Source: an uncultured candidatus Porisulfidus sp. (lineage in GTDB: Bacteria; Pseudomonadota; Gammaproteobacteria; Poriferisulfidales; Poriferisulfidaceae). From it: a stretch of DNA of 64,000 bases. The notes under the pieces were generated by a model. It was not told the origin of the DNA, made no database searches, and saw only the letters and a program-made list of their open reading frames with translations. The translations under genes and the position numbers were made by a program. The stretch's first letter is position 1; the number at the start of each line of letters is the position of its first letter. Below are positions 19,076 to 30,894 of the stretch, piece by piece. The stretch lies in assembly GCA_965204575.1 (NCBI GenBank), contig OZ241993.1:352001-416000 (forward strand), written 5' to 3'.

Positions 19076-21226
19076 TTAAATTTCAGAATCCAGCGTCGCC
19101 AACATCTCCATGATTTCCTGCTCCGTGGCCTTGATGTCAGCCTGAATCTCAGTAAGGGCGCGAGGCTGGGCATGCCGGTAGAAATACCGGTTGAAATTGA
19201 TCTCGTAGCCAACCACCCCCACCATGCCGTCTTTCGAGTCACGTTTCGACAAATCGATCCAGGCATCGGGCACATGGGGTACCACTTCGCAAGCAAAGAA
19301 CTCTCGCACGCTCGTCGGGATTCCATTTTCGTCTACGGAATCCCCTCCCTCAGGAAGCGGCACACGCTCGGTATCGCGCAAATCAGGATCGGGCTCCGGG
19401 CTACCTCCCACATTGCGACACATTTCGGCCGTCTCGTCGCGTTCGCCGAGCGCTGAAAGAATTGCTTTTTTCACAACTGCCGTCAGTTTCAAACCAGCCT
19501 CGCCAGCCTCGGCGTCCAACACCTCTAGAAACGCCTCTCGGTCCTTGTACATCGTGCCGCCCAGCGATTCGAGCAGATTCAGGATCTTCTGTTGCCGTTC
19601 GCGCCCCTGAGTCTCTTCCTCCTCTTTGGCCTTTCCGCGTCTTTTCGATTTCGCCAGATTCTGGAAACCTTTCTGCTCCTCCAGACGAGCAATGCGCTCC
19701 GGACTTGCCTCGAAATTGAGCCGCAGCGGACGCTCCACTGTAATCTTCCGATACCCGAATTCCGTAATCGGGAAAACACGGCTGACAACCTGCTCTTCGA
19801 TCTTTCCATCCGCCTCGACTTCGCGCATCTCGCCATCCCGGAATCTCTTGACGAGATTCAGCACATCCCACGCTTTTTCGTATGGAATTTCGCGCCGCTT
19901 TTCGCCCAAGCTCTTCGGCATGGGCGTCCAGAAGGTGGTGGCGTCGATGAACAGCACCTTGCCCTCACGTTTCGGTTTCTTGCGATTGGTCAACAGCCAG
20001 ATGTAAGTCGCGATACCCGTGTTGTAGAAAAGCTGCTCCGGCAACGCGATTAGCGCTTCCAGTAAATCGTTCTCCATCACAAACCGCCGGATCTCGCTCT
20101 CCCCATTTCCGGCATCTCCCGTAAATAGCGGGGAACCATTCATGATGATCGCAATGCGCGCCCCCCCCTCACTCGGTGTACGAGCCCGCTTGAGCATATG
20201 CAGGAGAAAGAGCGTTTGTCCATCGCTGATACGCGGCAGGCCCACACCAAAACGTCCGGATTCTCCCCTTGCATGCTCACTTTGCACTGCATGCTCGTCA
20301 CTCCTCCAATTCTTTCCGTAGGGAGGATTAGCGATCAGGTAATCGAAAGTTTGGTCCGCGTGCCGGTCATGGGAAAGCGTACTGCCAAAAACAATGTTGC
20401 CGGCGTCGCGCCCCTCCGGATCATTCATGAAAAAATCTGACCTTGAGATGGCCCAGGTCTCCGGATTCACTTCCTGACCAAACAGGTGGATATCGGCATT
20501 GGAATTGAGCGGGCGCTTTACTTGCCGACCGTTTTCCCGCACCCCTTGGGTAATATGCTCTTTGGCGATCATCAGCATCCCGCCAGATCCGCAGCAGGGG
20601 TCATAGATGGTCTGGATGGCGCCTTCCCGGCTGAGATGCTTCTCATCACCGGCCAGCATAAGATCCACCATCAAGTGAACAACGTCGCGCGGAGTAAAAT
20701 GTTCTCCGGGATTCTCATCCAACGCTTCGTTGAATTTGCGAATCAGTTCTTCAAAAATCATTCCCATGGTCGGGTTGTCCACCCGTTTAGGGTGCAGGTC
20801 GACAGTACCAAACCGTTCCAGGACCTGAAACAGCAAACCCGCCTCGTCGAGCTTGCTGATCGTGTTGTCGAAGTCAAAGCGTGCGATGACTTCGCGCATA
20901 TTCTCGCTGAAGCCCGCGATGTAGTTCCGGAGATTCTCGGCAATGTTCTGTGGGTCACCGAGCAAACGCTCGAAATCGTACTGGGATGTGTTGTAGAACA
21001 CGAATCCGGATGCCTTGCGCAGTTGTCCACCCGGCTTTCGAAGCCCTCTTTTCCTCATCTCAGCATTCCGTTTCAGGACTTTTTTCTTGGTTGGAGCCAA
21101 AACACAGTCAAGCCGCCGCAGGACGGTTAGCGGCAAGATGACATCTTGATATTTCCCGCGCTTGAAATTATCGCGGATGAGGTCGGCCACACCCCAGAGA
21201 AAACTGACGATCTCGCTATGATTCAT
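19076..21226 (-). CDS. hsdM: Type I restriction methyltransferase subunit
   Basis: GEHFTPRDVV, YDPCCGSGGML (SAM binding), ANPPY, GYEINFNRYFY. Confidence 0.96.
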   Translation of the reverse strand: MNHSEIVSFLWGVADLIRDNFKRGKYQDVILPLTVLRRLDCVLAPTKKKVLKRNAEMRKRGLRKPGGQLRKASGFVFYNTSQYDFERLLGDPQNIAENLRNYIAGFSENMREVIARFDFDNTISKLDEAGLLFQVLERFGTVDLHPKRVDNPTMGMIFEELIRKFNEALDENPGEHFTPRDVVHLMVDLMLAGDEKHLSREGAIQTIYDPCCGSGGMLMIAKEHITQGVRENGRQVKRPLNSNADIHLFGQEVNPETWAISRSDFFMNDPEGRDAGNIVFGSTLSHDRHADQTFDYLIANPPYGKNWRSDEHAVQSEHARGESGRFGVGLPRISDGQTLFLLHMLKRARTPSEGGARIAIIMNGSPLFTGDAGNGESEIRRFVMENDLLEALIALPEQLFYNTGIATYIWLLTNRKKPKREGKVLFIDATTFWTPMPKSLGEKRREIPYEKAWDVLNLVKRFRDGEMREVEADGKIEEQVVSRVFPITEFGYRKITVERPLRLNFEASPERIARLEEQKGFQNLAKSKRRGKAKEEEETQGRERQQKILNLLESLGGTMYKDREAFLEVLDAEAGEAGLKLTAVVKKAILSALGERDETAEMCRNVGGSPEPDPDLRDTERVPLPEGGDSVDENGIPTSVREFFACEVVPHVPDAWIDLSKRDSKDGMVGVVGYEINFNRYFYRHAQPRALTEIQADIKATEQEIMEMLATLDSEI

Positions 21227-21324
21227 GGCAATGAATGTTACGCAGCGATTGGTTATTGTAATGAGCCCAGACTGGCTGCAAGCGAAACGTCCCCGGAATG
21301 CGCTCGCAGGCAGCCAAATATCAC

Positions 21325-22512
21325 TTATCCCGCCACATCGAAAATCTTGCGGTGTTCCGCAAGAATGTGCCGATCGCTCAAGCTCGCGATGTAGTCGGCG
21401 ATCACCCGAGCCTGACCCTCCTCACCGCGGGTCTTTTTCTTCTCACGGGCCCGTTGATGCAATTCCGTCGGCAGCAACTGCGGGCGATCCATGAACGCAC
21501 GGAATAACTCCCGAATGACACCAACCGCCTTGTTGGAGGCCCGCACCAAACGGTAGTGGCAGTAATACTTCTCGTGCAGCAGCCGCGTCACCGGTGCAAG
21601 TTCAGCACGCAACTCGTCGCTGAATCCAGCCAATCGATCGGGACAGGCGCGGACGGCCTGCGGCGAGTCCGGTTGCGCCTGCTCAATCCGCTTTTTGGTG
21701 GCAAGGATCAGGTCGACCATCATGGCCGTAATCATGCGCCGGTTGGCTTCATGCAGCAAAGCATGCCAAGACAACTTCGGCGAGGCTTTCTGCGCCTCGT
21801 CATAGGCGCGGGAAAACAGCGCCAATTCGCGCACTTCCTCAAGGTCCAGGAAACCCAGTCGCAAGCCATCGTCCAGATCATGGTTGGTATACGCGATCGG
21901 ATCGGCCAAATCCACCAACTGCGCCTCCAGGGTCGGCGACTCGCCCTTCAGAAAACGCTCTCCCAGCGGGCCCAGGGTTTTGGCGATCTCTTTCGGGCAG
22001 CGCTTCAGCACTCCTTCACGTGTCTCAAAACTCAGGTTGAGGCCGCGAAAGTCGGCGTATTTGTATTCCAGTTTGTCGATCACGCGCAGCGATTGCAGGT
22101 TGTGCTCGAATCCCCCATACTCTTTCATGCAGTCGTCCAGCGCATCTTGCCCGGCATGCCCGAATGGCGTGTGACCCAGGTCGTGGGCCAATGCAATCGA
22201 TTCGGACAGGTCTTCATTGAGGCGCAGGGCCCGCGCCAACGTGCGCGACAGCTTGGCCACTTCGATGCTGTGCGTCAGTCGGGTGCGAAAAGATCCATCC
22301 GCATGATTCACCATGACCTGGGTCTTGTACTCCAGGCTACGGAAAGCGGCCGAGTGAATGATCCGGTCGCAATCACGCTGGTACAGCGTCCTGAATTCGT
22401 CCGGAGGCTCTGCATGCTGCCGCCCAAGCGAATTGGATTCGCTGGCTGCGTAAGGGGCAAACCCGGCCCGGTCCGACCCACCGCCCCGCGCTTCCAGCAA
22501 ATCGACTGCCAC
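21325..22512 (-). CDS. dgt: Deoxyguanosinetriphosphate triphosphohydrolase
   Basis: RTRLTHSIEV, AHDLGHTPFGHAG, FEHNLQSLR, HDLDDG. Confidence 0.93.
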   Translation of the reverse strand: MAVDLLEARGGGSDRAGFAPYAASESNSLGRQHAEPPDEFRTLYQRDCDRIIHSAAFRSLEYKTQVMVNHADGSFRTRLTHSIEVAKLSRTLARALRLNEDLSESIALAHDLGHTPFGHAGQDALDDCMKEYGGFEHNLQSLRVIDKLEYKYADFRGLNLSFETREGVLKRCPKEIAKTLGPLGERFLKGESPTLEAQLVDLADPIAYTNHDLDDGLRLGFLDLEEVRELALFSRAYDEAQKASPKLSWHALLHEANRRMITAMMVDLILATKKRIEQAQPDSPQAVRACPDRLAGFSDELRAELAPVTRLLHEKYYCHYRLVRASNKAVGVIRELFRAFMDRPQLLPTELHQRAREKKKTRGEEGQARVIADYIASLSDRHILAEHRKIFDVAG

Positions 22513-22516
22513 GGGT

Positions 22517-23593
22517 TCAGCGCACTCCTGCCAATGTGGCCGACAATAGCCGTTCGTCCACCTGGTCGGTCACTTCCGCCTGCCCGATCGCCCGCATCAG
22601 GATGAAACGCTGTTGTCCTCCGACATTCTTCTTGTCGTGCCGCATATGGGCGCGCAATTGATCGGCCCCCAGGTCTTCCGGCAGCCGGGTCGGCAGCCCT
22701 GCACGGTCGACCAGCGCCTGTATCCGCTCTGCCGCCTGAACTTCGAGCCAGCCCATCCGAACCGACAGGTCGGCGGCAAGCACCAGGCCGCAGGCCACCG
22801 CTTCGCCATGACACCACTGCGCATAGCCCTGCTCAGTCTCGATCGCATGCGCAAAAGTGTGGCCCAAGTTCAACAAGGCGCGGGCACCGGTACGTTCCCG
22901 CTCGTCGGCAGCCACGATCCGCGCCTTGCTGGCGCAGGACGTCTTGATCGCATGCGTCAAGGCTTCCGTCTCCAATGCCAAGACTTCCTCAAGGTGGTCT
23001 TCCAGCCACTCGAAAAATTCCGCATCGTCAATCAAGCCGTATTTGATGACTTCGGCCACGCCCGCCCGCATTTCGCGGGGCGGCAGACTGCGAAGTGTTG
23101 CCGGATCGATCAATACCGCCTTCGGTTGCCAGAATGCGCCGATCATGTTCTTGCCGAGCGGATGGTTGACGCCGGTCTTGCCGCCGACCGAGGCATCCAC
23201 CTGCGCCAGCAACGTCGTCGGAACCTGCACAAAATCCACGCCACGCATGTAGGTGGCGGCAGCAAATCCGGTCATGTCGCCGACCACGCCTCCCCCGACC
23301 GCGATGAAAATCGCGCCACGCCCGAGCTCCTGTTCCAGAAGCCAGGTATAAAGCCCGTTCAGGTCTTCCAGCGTCTTGTGTTGCTCCCCGTCCGGCAGCA
23401 CGTAGCATCCACGGCAAGTCGGGCCCAGGGCCTGCGCGAGAGGCCGGGCATACAGATCTTCCACCCCTGGATGCGTGACCAGCACGACGTCGGACCCCAC
23501 CAGAGGAGCCCAGTGTGCCGGATCTTCAAGCAATCCTTCACCGATCAGGATCGGGTACGAGGCGCCCTTCAGGGCAACAGTCAATTCATCCAC
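22517..23593 (-). CDS. aroB: 3-dehydroquinate synthase
   Basis: GGGVVGDMTGFAAATYMRG, PTTLLAQVDASVGGKTG, LNLGHTFAHAIE. Confidence 0.97.
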   Translation of the reverse strand: MDELTVALKGASYPILIGEGLLEDPAHWAPLVGSDVVLVTHPGVEDLYARPLAQALGPTCRGCYVLPDGEQHKTLEDLNGLYTWLLEQELGRGAIFIAVGGGVVGDMTGFAAATYMRGVDFVQVPTTLLAQVDASVGGKTGVNHPLGKNMIGAFWQPKAVLIDPATLRSLPPREMRAGVAEVIKYGLIDDAEFFEWLEDHLEEVLALETEALTHAIKTSCASKARIVAADERERTGARALLNLGHTFAHAIETEQGYAQWCHGEAVACGLVLAADLSVRMGWLEVQAAERIQALVDRAGLPTRLPEDLGADQLRAHMRHDKKNVGGQQRFILMRAIGQAEVTDQVDERLLSATLAGVR

Positions 23594-23676
23594 GAAAAAC
23601 TCTTCGGTCTCAAACTACCGTTTGAGGCAAATTGTATACTGCCTAGGTCTCTCACCTCTATCTTTTCTCGGAGACC

Positions 23677-24048
23677 ATGCCAGAAACTTTACTGCTGACT
23701 GCCGGTCGTCACACCGCCACGATCACCTGCTACGACACGCCGACCGCGCAGGCGATTTGCGCCGCGCTGCCGATCCAGTCCGAAGTCCACACCTGGGGGC
23801 AGGAAATCTACTTCGGGGTGCCCGTCGAAGCCGATCTTGAAGCCGATGCCCGCGATGTGGTGGAGGCCGGAGAGATCGCGTTCTGGGTGGAAGGCCGGTG
23901 CATTGCGATCGGGTTCGGACCGACTCCGATTTCACGCGGTGACGAGATCCGGCTGGCCGCGGCGGTCAATATCTGGGGGCATGCGGACGATGTCCACGGT
24001 TTCGCCGCCTGCGTTCCCGGCGACCCGGTCATGGTGCGTCGCGCATGA
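23677..24048 (+). CDS. Cyclophilin-like fold protein
   Basis: TPTAQAI..ALP...WGQEIYF...GEIAFW...IAIGFGPTPIS. Confidence 0.75.
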   Translation: MPETLLLTAGRHTATITCYDTPTAQAICAALPIQSEVHTWGQEIYFGVPVEADLEADARDVVEAGEIAFWVEGRCIAIGFGPTPISRGDEIRLAAAVNIWGHADDVHGFAACVPGDPVMVRRA

Positions 24049-24356
24049 ATCCGGTCCGCGGGAAATTCCCGACCCCTCCCGAACCCGAAAAAGTCGCTTC
24101 AGACTGGCAACAGCGCGGTTTTTCCTGCGGAACGTTCGAAGACTCTCCGGGACGCGCCTGGCGAGATTTCACTCACGATAGCAACGAGCTGATTACGGTT
24201 GTGGAGGGCCGGCTGCAATTGACCCTGGAAGGAACCGACATGGTCCTGGAACCCGGGGACGAGGCCTTCATTCCACGGAATTGTCTTCATTCGGTAATCA
24301 ATATCGCCCCGACCCGCACCGTCTGGCTGTATGGCTACGACAGTCCGGGCGTCTGA
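24045..24356 (+). CDS. Cupin domain protein
   Basis: H...ELITVVEG...PGDEAFIP...HSV cupin motifs. Confidence 0.8.
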   Translation: MNPVRGKFPTPPEPEKVASDWQQRGFSCGTFEDSPGRAWRDFTHDSNELITVVEGRLQLTLEGTDMVLEPGDEAFIPRNCLHSVINIAPTRTVWLYGYDSPGV

Positions 24357-24874
24357 TCAAGCCACTCGACGATGTTTTCGCAGGCTGCGCGCACCGTCAG
24401 GCCATCCATGTTGACCTGGTAGTCGCACAATTCCCGGTATAGCGGTTCGCGTTCGAGAGACAACCGTTTCAAAACCTCTTCCGGATCCCCGTCCTGCAAT
24501 AGCGGGCGGGTGCGGTCGGCACGCAAGTGCTGCAATTGGGCCTCCAGCGGCACGCGGAGGTAGATGACCGTGCCACGCGAAGCCAAGAGGCGGCGGTTGT
24601 CGGCGTCCAGTACGGCACCCCCGCCGGTCGCCAACACGATATTCTTCCGTTCGACCAGTTCCGCGATGACCTCGCGTTCCCGACGACGGAACCCCTGCTC
24701 GCCCTCGTGCTCAAATATTTCCGAGACCGTCACTCCGGTACGCTCTTGCAGGACTGCGTCGCTGTCGAGGAATTCCCGTCCCATCGCTTTCGCCAGCATG
24801 GAGCCGACCGTCGTCTTCCCCGCGCCCATCGGGCCGATCAGGAACACATTGGAAGGGTGAACGGGTATGCCCAT
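24335..24874 (-). CDS. aroK: Shikimate kinase
   Basis: GPMGAGKTTVG, GEQGFR, ATGGG, RPLL. Confidence 0.96.
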   Translation of the reverse strand: MGIPVHPSNVFLIGPMGAGKTTVGSMLAKAMGREFLDSDAVLQERTGVTVSEIFEHEGEQGFRRREREVIAELVERKNIVLATGGGAVLDADNRRLLASRGTVIYLRVPLEAQLQHLRADRTRPLLQDGDPEEVLKRLSLEREPLYRELCDYQVNMDGLTVRAACENIVEWLDQTPGLS

Positions 24875-24935
24875 AACGCATCGTCATAGTCAAAGCCACA
24901 CTATACTGTAGCCCTGTCCATACTCCAGTTCCGAC

Positions 24936-27332
24936 ATGAAGATCGTCCGTCGCCTGCTGAGACTGATCGCCCTAGGGGTGATGCCGGCCCTGCTCGTCGT
25001 GCTCGGGGCCTATTTGTACATCCAGCCCAGCATGCCGACGGTCCAGGAACTGCGCGATGTCCATCTGCAGACCCCGCTTCGCGTGTACTCCCAGGATGGC
25101 GCATTGCTCGCGGTCTACGGCACCAAGCGACGCATTCCCGTCAGTCTGGACGAAATCCCGATGTCGATGCGCCAGGCCTTCATCGCGTCCGAAGACGCGC
25201 GTTTTGAGCAACATTTCGGAGTGGATTTGCAGGCCTTGGTCCGCGCCGCCGTGGATCTCGCGCGCAGCGGACGGATCCGCCAAGGCGGCAGCACCATCAC
25301 CATGCAGCTGGCGCGCAACTTCTACCTGACTCGTCAGCGTCACTTCGTTCGCAAATTGCGCGAGATTTTCCTCGCTTTGCGCATCGAACAGGAACTCAGC
25401 AAGGATGAAATCCTGGAACTGTACCTGAACAAGATCTTTCTTGGACATCGGGCGTACGGCGTGGGTGCCGCGGCCGAGGTTTACTACGACACTTCCCCCC
25501 GACACCTGACGCTGGCCCAGGTGGCCACCATCGCCGGCCTGCCCAAGGCGCCCTCGACCCTGAACCCGGTCACCAACCCCGAAGCCTCCCGTGCGCGCCG
25601 CCGCTACGTATTGGATCGCATGCTGCAGGACAGGCACATCACAAGCGAACAATTTCAAGAAGCCGTAGACGCTCCCGTCACCGCACGGCTAGGCCACTAC
25701 CGCGGCCAGTCTTCAGCGCCCTACGTCGGAGAGATGGTCCGGGCCGAAATGGTGGGACGATTCGGGACAGATGCCTATACCGGGGGCTACACGGTTTACC
25801 TGACGATACGCAACGATTTGCAGACGGCGGCCCGCAAAGCCGTGCGAAGGGCCTTGATCCGCTACGACCTGCGCCACGGCTGGCGCGGTGCGGAAAATCG
25901 CCTGACACCGCTCCCGGAAAGCAAGCAGGAGCTTGATCGGGTTCTGGCCAACACGCCGACTCGCGGCGGCTTCGAGAACGGCATCGTGATTCATGCTGGC
26001 CCGGATGTCGCACATATCTACCTCGGCCGCGGCCGTTGGGCGGAACTCACTCTCGACGAGATTCTCTGGGCAAGGCCGATGGAGCACGTCGACCGGCGCG
26101 GACCTACGCCGAGGGCGACTTCGGATGTGGTGAATCCGGGCGATATCGTGCATCTGATATTTGAGGACAACGTCTGGCGCCTGCGCCAGATTCCGGAAGC
26201 CTCCGGCGCACTGGTCGCCATTGATCCGACCGACGGCGCGATCCGGGCGCTGACCGGCGGCTTCGATTTCGCCTTGAGCAAGTTCAATCGCGCGACTCAG
26301 GCGCATCGCCAGCCGGGCTCCAGCTTCAAGCCGTTCCTGTATACCGCGGCCCTGGCCAAGGGCTACACCCCGGCCACGCTGATAAACGATGCGCCCGTGG
26401 TCTACCACGACCAAGGCATCGAAGGGGCCTGGCGTCCTGAAAACTACAGCGGCCGGTTCTACGGGCCTACCCGGCTCCGTGAGGCACTGACTTATTCCCG
26501 AAACGTGGTCTCGATTCGCATGCTCGACGACATTGGAAGCGACTACGCGCGCCATTTCGTGGAGCGGTTCGGTTTTGATGCCTCGACTCTTCCCGACAAC
26601 CTGACGCTGGCGCTGGGCTCAGGCGAAGTGACCCCGTTGCAAATGGTGGCGGCATTCGCGATTCTTGCCAATGGTGGCTACCAGGTCGAGCCCTACTTGA
26701 TCCAGCGCATCGAGGACACAACCGGTGACTTGGTTTACGTGGCCAATCCCCGAAAAGTCTGCGACGATGCCTGCCAGATTCAGGTCTTGTCGTCGCTGGC
26801 ATCCTCTGAACAGGAAATGCCCGCACTGATGCCGGAAAACTCCGCTTCGCGCGTCCTCGAAAAACGAATTCACTACCAAATCGTCAACATGTTGAAGGAT
26901 GTGGTCCGGTTTGGAACTGCACGCGCCGCATTGGCACTGGAACGCGGGGACCTGGCTGGAAAAACCGGCACCACGAACGACCAGCGCGATGCCTGGTTCA
27001 GCGGATTCAACTCCCAGCTCGTGGCGACGACCTGGGTTGGCCGGGACGACTTCGGGAAACTCGGGCGGCGCGAAGTCGGCGGCACGGCGGCCCTGCCGAT
27101 GTGGGTCGATTTCATGAAGGTGGCGTTGACCGGCTTGCCGGAAAAACCGCTTGCCATTCCTCCCGGCATCGTCCAAGTGCGGATTGACCCGAAAAACGGC
27201 CTGTTGGCTCCGCCCAACAGCAAGGATAGCGTCGTGGAGACCTTCCGCGAGGAACGGGTGCCCGATCGCCTGTCAAAGGAAACCGTCCTGACGCCTGGAG
27301 AAGGCACCGACATCCCCGAACAACTGTTCTGA
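24936..27332 (+). CDS. mrcA: Penicillin-binding protein 1A
   Basis: EDARF, GGSTITMQLARN, RKLRE transglycosylase motifs; SSFK, SRN, KTG transpeptidase motifs. Confidence 0.96.
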   Translation: MKIVRRLLRLIALGVMPALLVVLGAYLYIQPSMPTVQELRDVHLQTPLRVYSQDGALLAVYGTKRRIPVSLDEIPMSMRQAFIASEDARFEQHFGVDLQALVRAAVDLARSGRIRQGGSTITMQLARNFYLTRQRHFVRKLREIFLALRIEQELSKDEILELYLNKIFLGHRAYGVGAAAEVYYDTSPRHLTLAQVATIAGLPKAPSTLNPVTNPEASRARRRYVLDRMLQDRHITSEQFQEAVDAPVTARLGHYRGQSSAPYVGEMVRAEMVGRFGTDAYTGGYTVYLTIRNDLQTAARKAVRRALIRYDLRHGWRGAENRLTPLPESKQELDRVLANTPTRGGFENGIVIHAGPDVAHIYLGRGRWAELTLDEILWARPMEHVDRRGPTPRATSDVVNPGDIVHLIFEDNVWRLRQIPEASGALVAIDPTDGAIRALTGGFDFALSKFNRATQAHRQPGSSFKPFLYTAALAKGYTPATLINDAPVVYHDQGIEGAWRPENYSGRFYGPTRLREALTYSRNVVSIRMLDDIGSDYARHFVERFGFDASTLPDNLTLALGSGEVTPLQMVAAFAILANGGYQVEPYLIQRIEDTTGDLVYVANPRKVCDDACQIQVLSSLASSEQEMPALMPENSASRVLEKRIHYQIVNMLKDVVRFGTARAALALERGDLAGKTGTTNDQRDAWFSGFNSQLVATTWVGRDDFGKLGRREVGGTAALPMWVDFMKVALTGLPEKPLAIPPGIVQVRIDPKNGLLAPPNSKDSVVETFREERVPDRLSKETVLTPGEGTDIPEQLF

Positions 27333-27420
27333 ACTCAACCGAAAATCGGGTATACAATTCTTTCTTGCCCGGGTCTATCAAGAGTAAATTTTAGAATTCT
27401 TTCCATGGAGACCTCCGAAA

Positions 27421-27948
27421 ATGAATCGCAACCTGATTCTCCTGCTCGCTGCCGGCGCACTCGGCATCATCCTCTTATCTCTCGCCATGAACCAAGGCTC
27501 GTTTCTTGGGATGACCTCATCCGAACCTATGGACACCGAAAGTCAGGCTGACAGCACTGACGCAGAACAGGCCAAGGCGATGGTGGCTCAGGCTCTTGGA
27601 TATATGGACGAACATGGCACAGCCGCCCTGATCGAGAAAGTCAATGCGGGTGCCCCTGAATTTCATCAGGGTCAGTTTTACGTTTTCGTTCTGGACAATG
27701 CCGGGACTATCGTGGCTCATCCTATTGATCCCAGTTGGGTGGGAGTGAGCGACGATGTCGGAACGGATGCCGATGGCAATGTCTTTCTTGCACGAATGGC
27801 TGCGGCAGCCGCCGAAAATCCGGACGGCAGCTGGTTCGATTACCGCTGGCCGCACCCGGTCACGGAGGAGGTGGTCACCAAATCCAGCTGGATCGTGATG
27901 CGTGACGACCATGTCGTTGGCGTCGGCATCTACTTAGAGGAGAAATAG
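27421..27948 (+). CDS. Exported stand-alone Cache-domain protein
   Basis: Signal/TM segment, then YVFVLD..GTIVAHP...DADG...GSWFDYRWPHP...VGVGIY. Confidence 0.8.
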   Translation: MNRNLILLLAAGALGIILLSLAMNQGSFLGMTSSEPMDTESQADSTDAEQAKAMVAQALGYMDEHGTAALIEKVNAGAPEFHQGQFYVFVLDNAGTIVAHPIDPSWVGVSDDVGTDADGNVFLARMAAAAAENPDGSWFDYRWPHPVTEEVVTKSSWIVMRDDHVVGVGIYLEEK

Positions 27949-27983
27949 GAGCATCCGGACGGATGCCCCCGGTCGTCCAAGGT

Positions 27984-29030
27984 TCAGTTCGTATCAGCGC
28001 TGAAGCGGTGGACTTCGTCGATTAGACAGGCAAGCTGATCCGGATCGATATCCGGCGTGATGCCGTGCCCGAGGTTGAACACGTGGCCTGGGTGGGGGCC
28101 ATAATCTTCCAGTAGTGCACGTGCGGCGGCACGCAGGTCCTCCGCGTCCTCACGCAGCATGGCCGGATCCAGATTCCCCTGCAAGGCGCAGACTTGCCCC
28201 ACCTCCTCCCGTGCGGCGCGCAGATTCACAGTCTCGTCCAAGCCGATTGCCTCGCAACCGATCTTGCTGACTTCGGTCAGCTGCCCGCCACCCCCGCGGG
28301 CAAACATGATGCGCGGCACAACCGGCCCCAGTTTCTCCATGATGCGCTCGACCGGCTGGAGCGAGAAACGGACATAATCCTCGCCTTCCAAGATGCCTCC
28401 CCAACTGTCGAAAATCATGACCACGCTGGCGCCGGCCTCGATCTGCGCCTCCAGATAAAGGGCGACGGAATCCGCCAGAATCGAAAGTAGATGGTCGAGT
28501 TGATCCGGTTCGGACCGGAGCCACTCGGCGACACGGGCGAACTCGCTGCGGCTTCGGCCCTCGATCATGTAGGTCGCCAATGTCCAGGGGCTGCCGGCAA
28601 AACCGATTACCGGGACTTGCCCTCCAATCTCCCGGGACAACAAGGAAACGGCTTCGCCGACATAGCGGAGTTCCTGGTGCGGGTCTGGAACCCCCAACGC
28701 CCGGATGTCGGCTGCACTGCGGACCGGGCGCTCGAAATACGGCCCGGTCCCCTCGGAAAACCCGAGCCCCAACCCCATCGCGTCCGGAATGGTCAGGATG
28801 TCGGAGAACACGATCGCTGCATCCAGCGGATAGCGGCGCATCGGCTGCAACGCGGCTTCGCAGGCATAGTCCGGCGTCCGGCATAAATTGAGGAAGCTTC
28901 CGGCGCGCTCGCGCAATTCCCGATACTCCGGAAGGTAGCGCCCGGCCTGGCGCATGATCCAGACAGGCGTGCAGTCGGTCGGCTGCCGCCGCAGGGCGCG
29001 AAGGAATCGATCGTTTTCCGGGACCGCCAT
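27984..29030 (-). CDS. hemE: Uroporphyrinogen decarboxylase
   Basis: PVWIMRQAGRYLPEY, FSDIL, FNLGHGI. Confidence 0.97.
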   Translation of the reverse strand: MAVPENDRFLRALRRQPTDCTPVWIMRQAGRYLPEYRELRERAGSFLNLCRTPDYACEAALQPMRRYPLDAAIVFSDILTIPDAMGLGLGFSEGTGPYFERPVRSAADIRALGVPDPHQELRYVGEAVSLLSREIGGQVPVIGFAGSPWTLATYMIEGRSRSEFARVAEWLRSEPDQLDHLLSILADSVALYLEAQIEAGASVVMIFDSWGGILEGEDYVRFSLQPVERIMEKLGPVVPRIMFARGGGGQLTEVSKIGCEAIGLDETVNLRAAREEVGQVCALQGNLDPAMLREDAEDLRAAARALLEDYGPHPGHVFNLGHGITPDIDPDQLACLIDEVHRFSADTN

Positions 29031-29037
29031 CGGGGCC

Positions 29038-30453
<1,416 letters not shown>

Positions 30454-30470
30454 CTAAGCCTCGGCCAAGT

Positions 30471-30489
30471 TTCCGGCAGGATGCCGGAA
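30471..30489 (-). terminator. Hairpin downstream of rpsU
   Basis: TTCCGGCA-GGA-TGCCGGAA inverted repeat just past the rpsU stop; weak U-tract. Confidence 0.45.
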
Positions 30490-30498
30490 GATCAAAAA

Positions 30499-30708
30499 TC
30501 AACGGTAACGCGGTCGCGATTGCTTGGACAGACGTTTGGCATTGCGCTTGATCGCCGCTGCAGCCTTGCGTTTACGCACTTCGGTCGGTTTTTCGTAGTA
30601 CTCACGGCGACGGGCTTCCGAAAGTACTCCTGACCGCTCGCACGCACGGCGAAAGCGACGAATCGCGACGTCAAAAGGCTCGTCTTCCTTGACTCGAATT
30701 CCAGGCAT
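30499..30708 (-). CDS. rpsU: 30S ribosomal protein S21
   Basis: [12 protein letters not shown]...[14 protein letters not shown]. Confidence 0.97.
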   Translation of the reverse strand: MPGIRVKEDEPFDVAIRRFRRACERSGVLSEARRREYYEKPTEVRKRKAAAAIKRNAKRLSKQSRPRYR

Positions 30709-30894
30709 TTAGATTCATCAAATGGCCAAAAATGGACTGCGTATTGTACATGGTCAGCAAAAACGGGCTAAATCGTACAAAGGCTCAAAGCGACCTTTGT
30801 AGTACCCGAAGAGATGCGCCCGGAGGTTTCTATGCGAAATGCGGAAGCGTCAAAACCCGCGATAATAGCGGTGCCGTTATGCTGACTTTGTCGA

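Noticed and set aside
21325-22512. dGTPase beside the R-M operon as an anti-phage dGTPase
   Set aside because: It follows aroB in the usual housekeeping position and has the short housekeeping length and host-like GC
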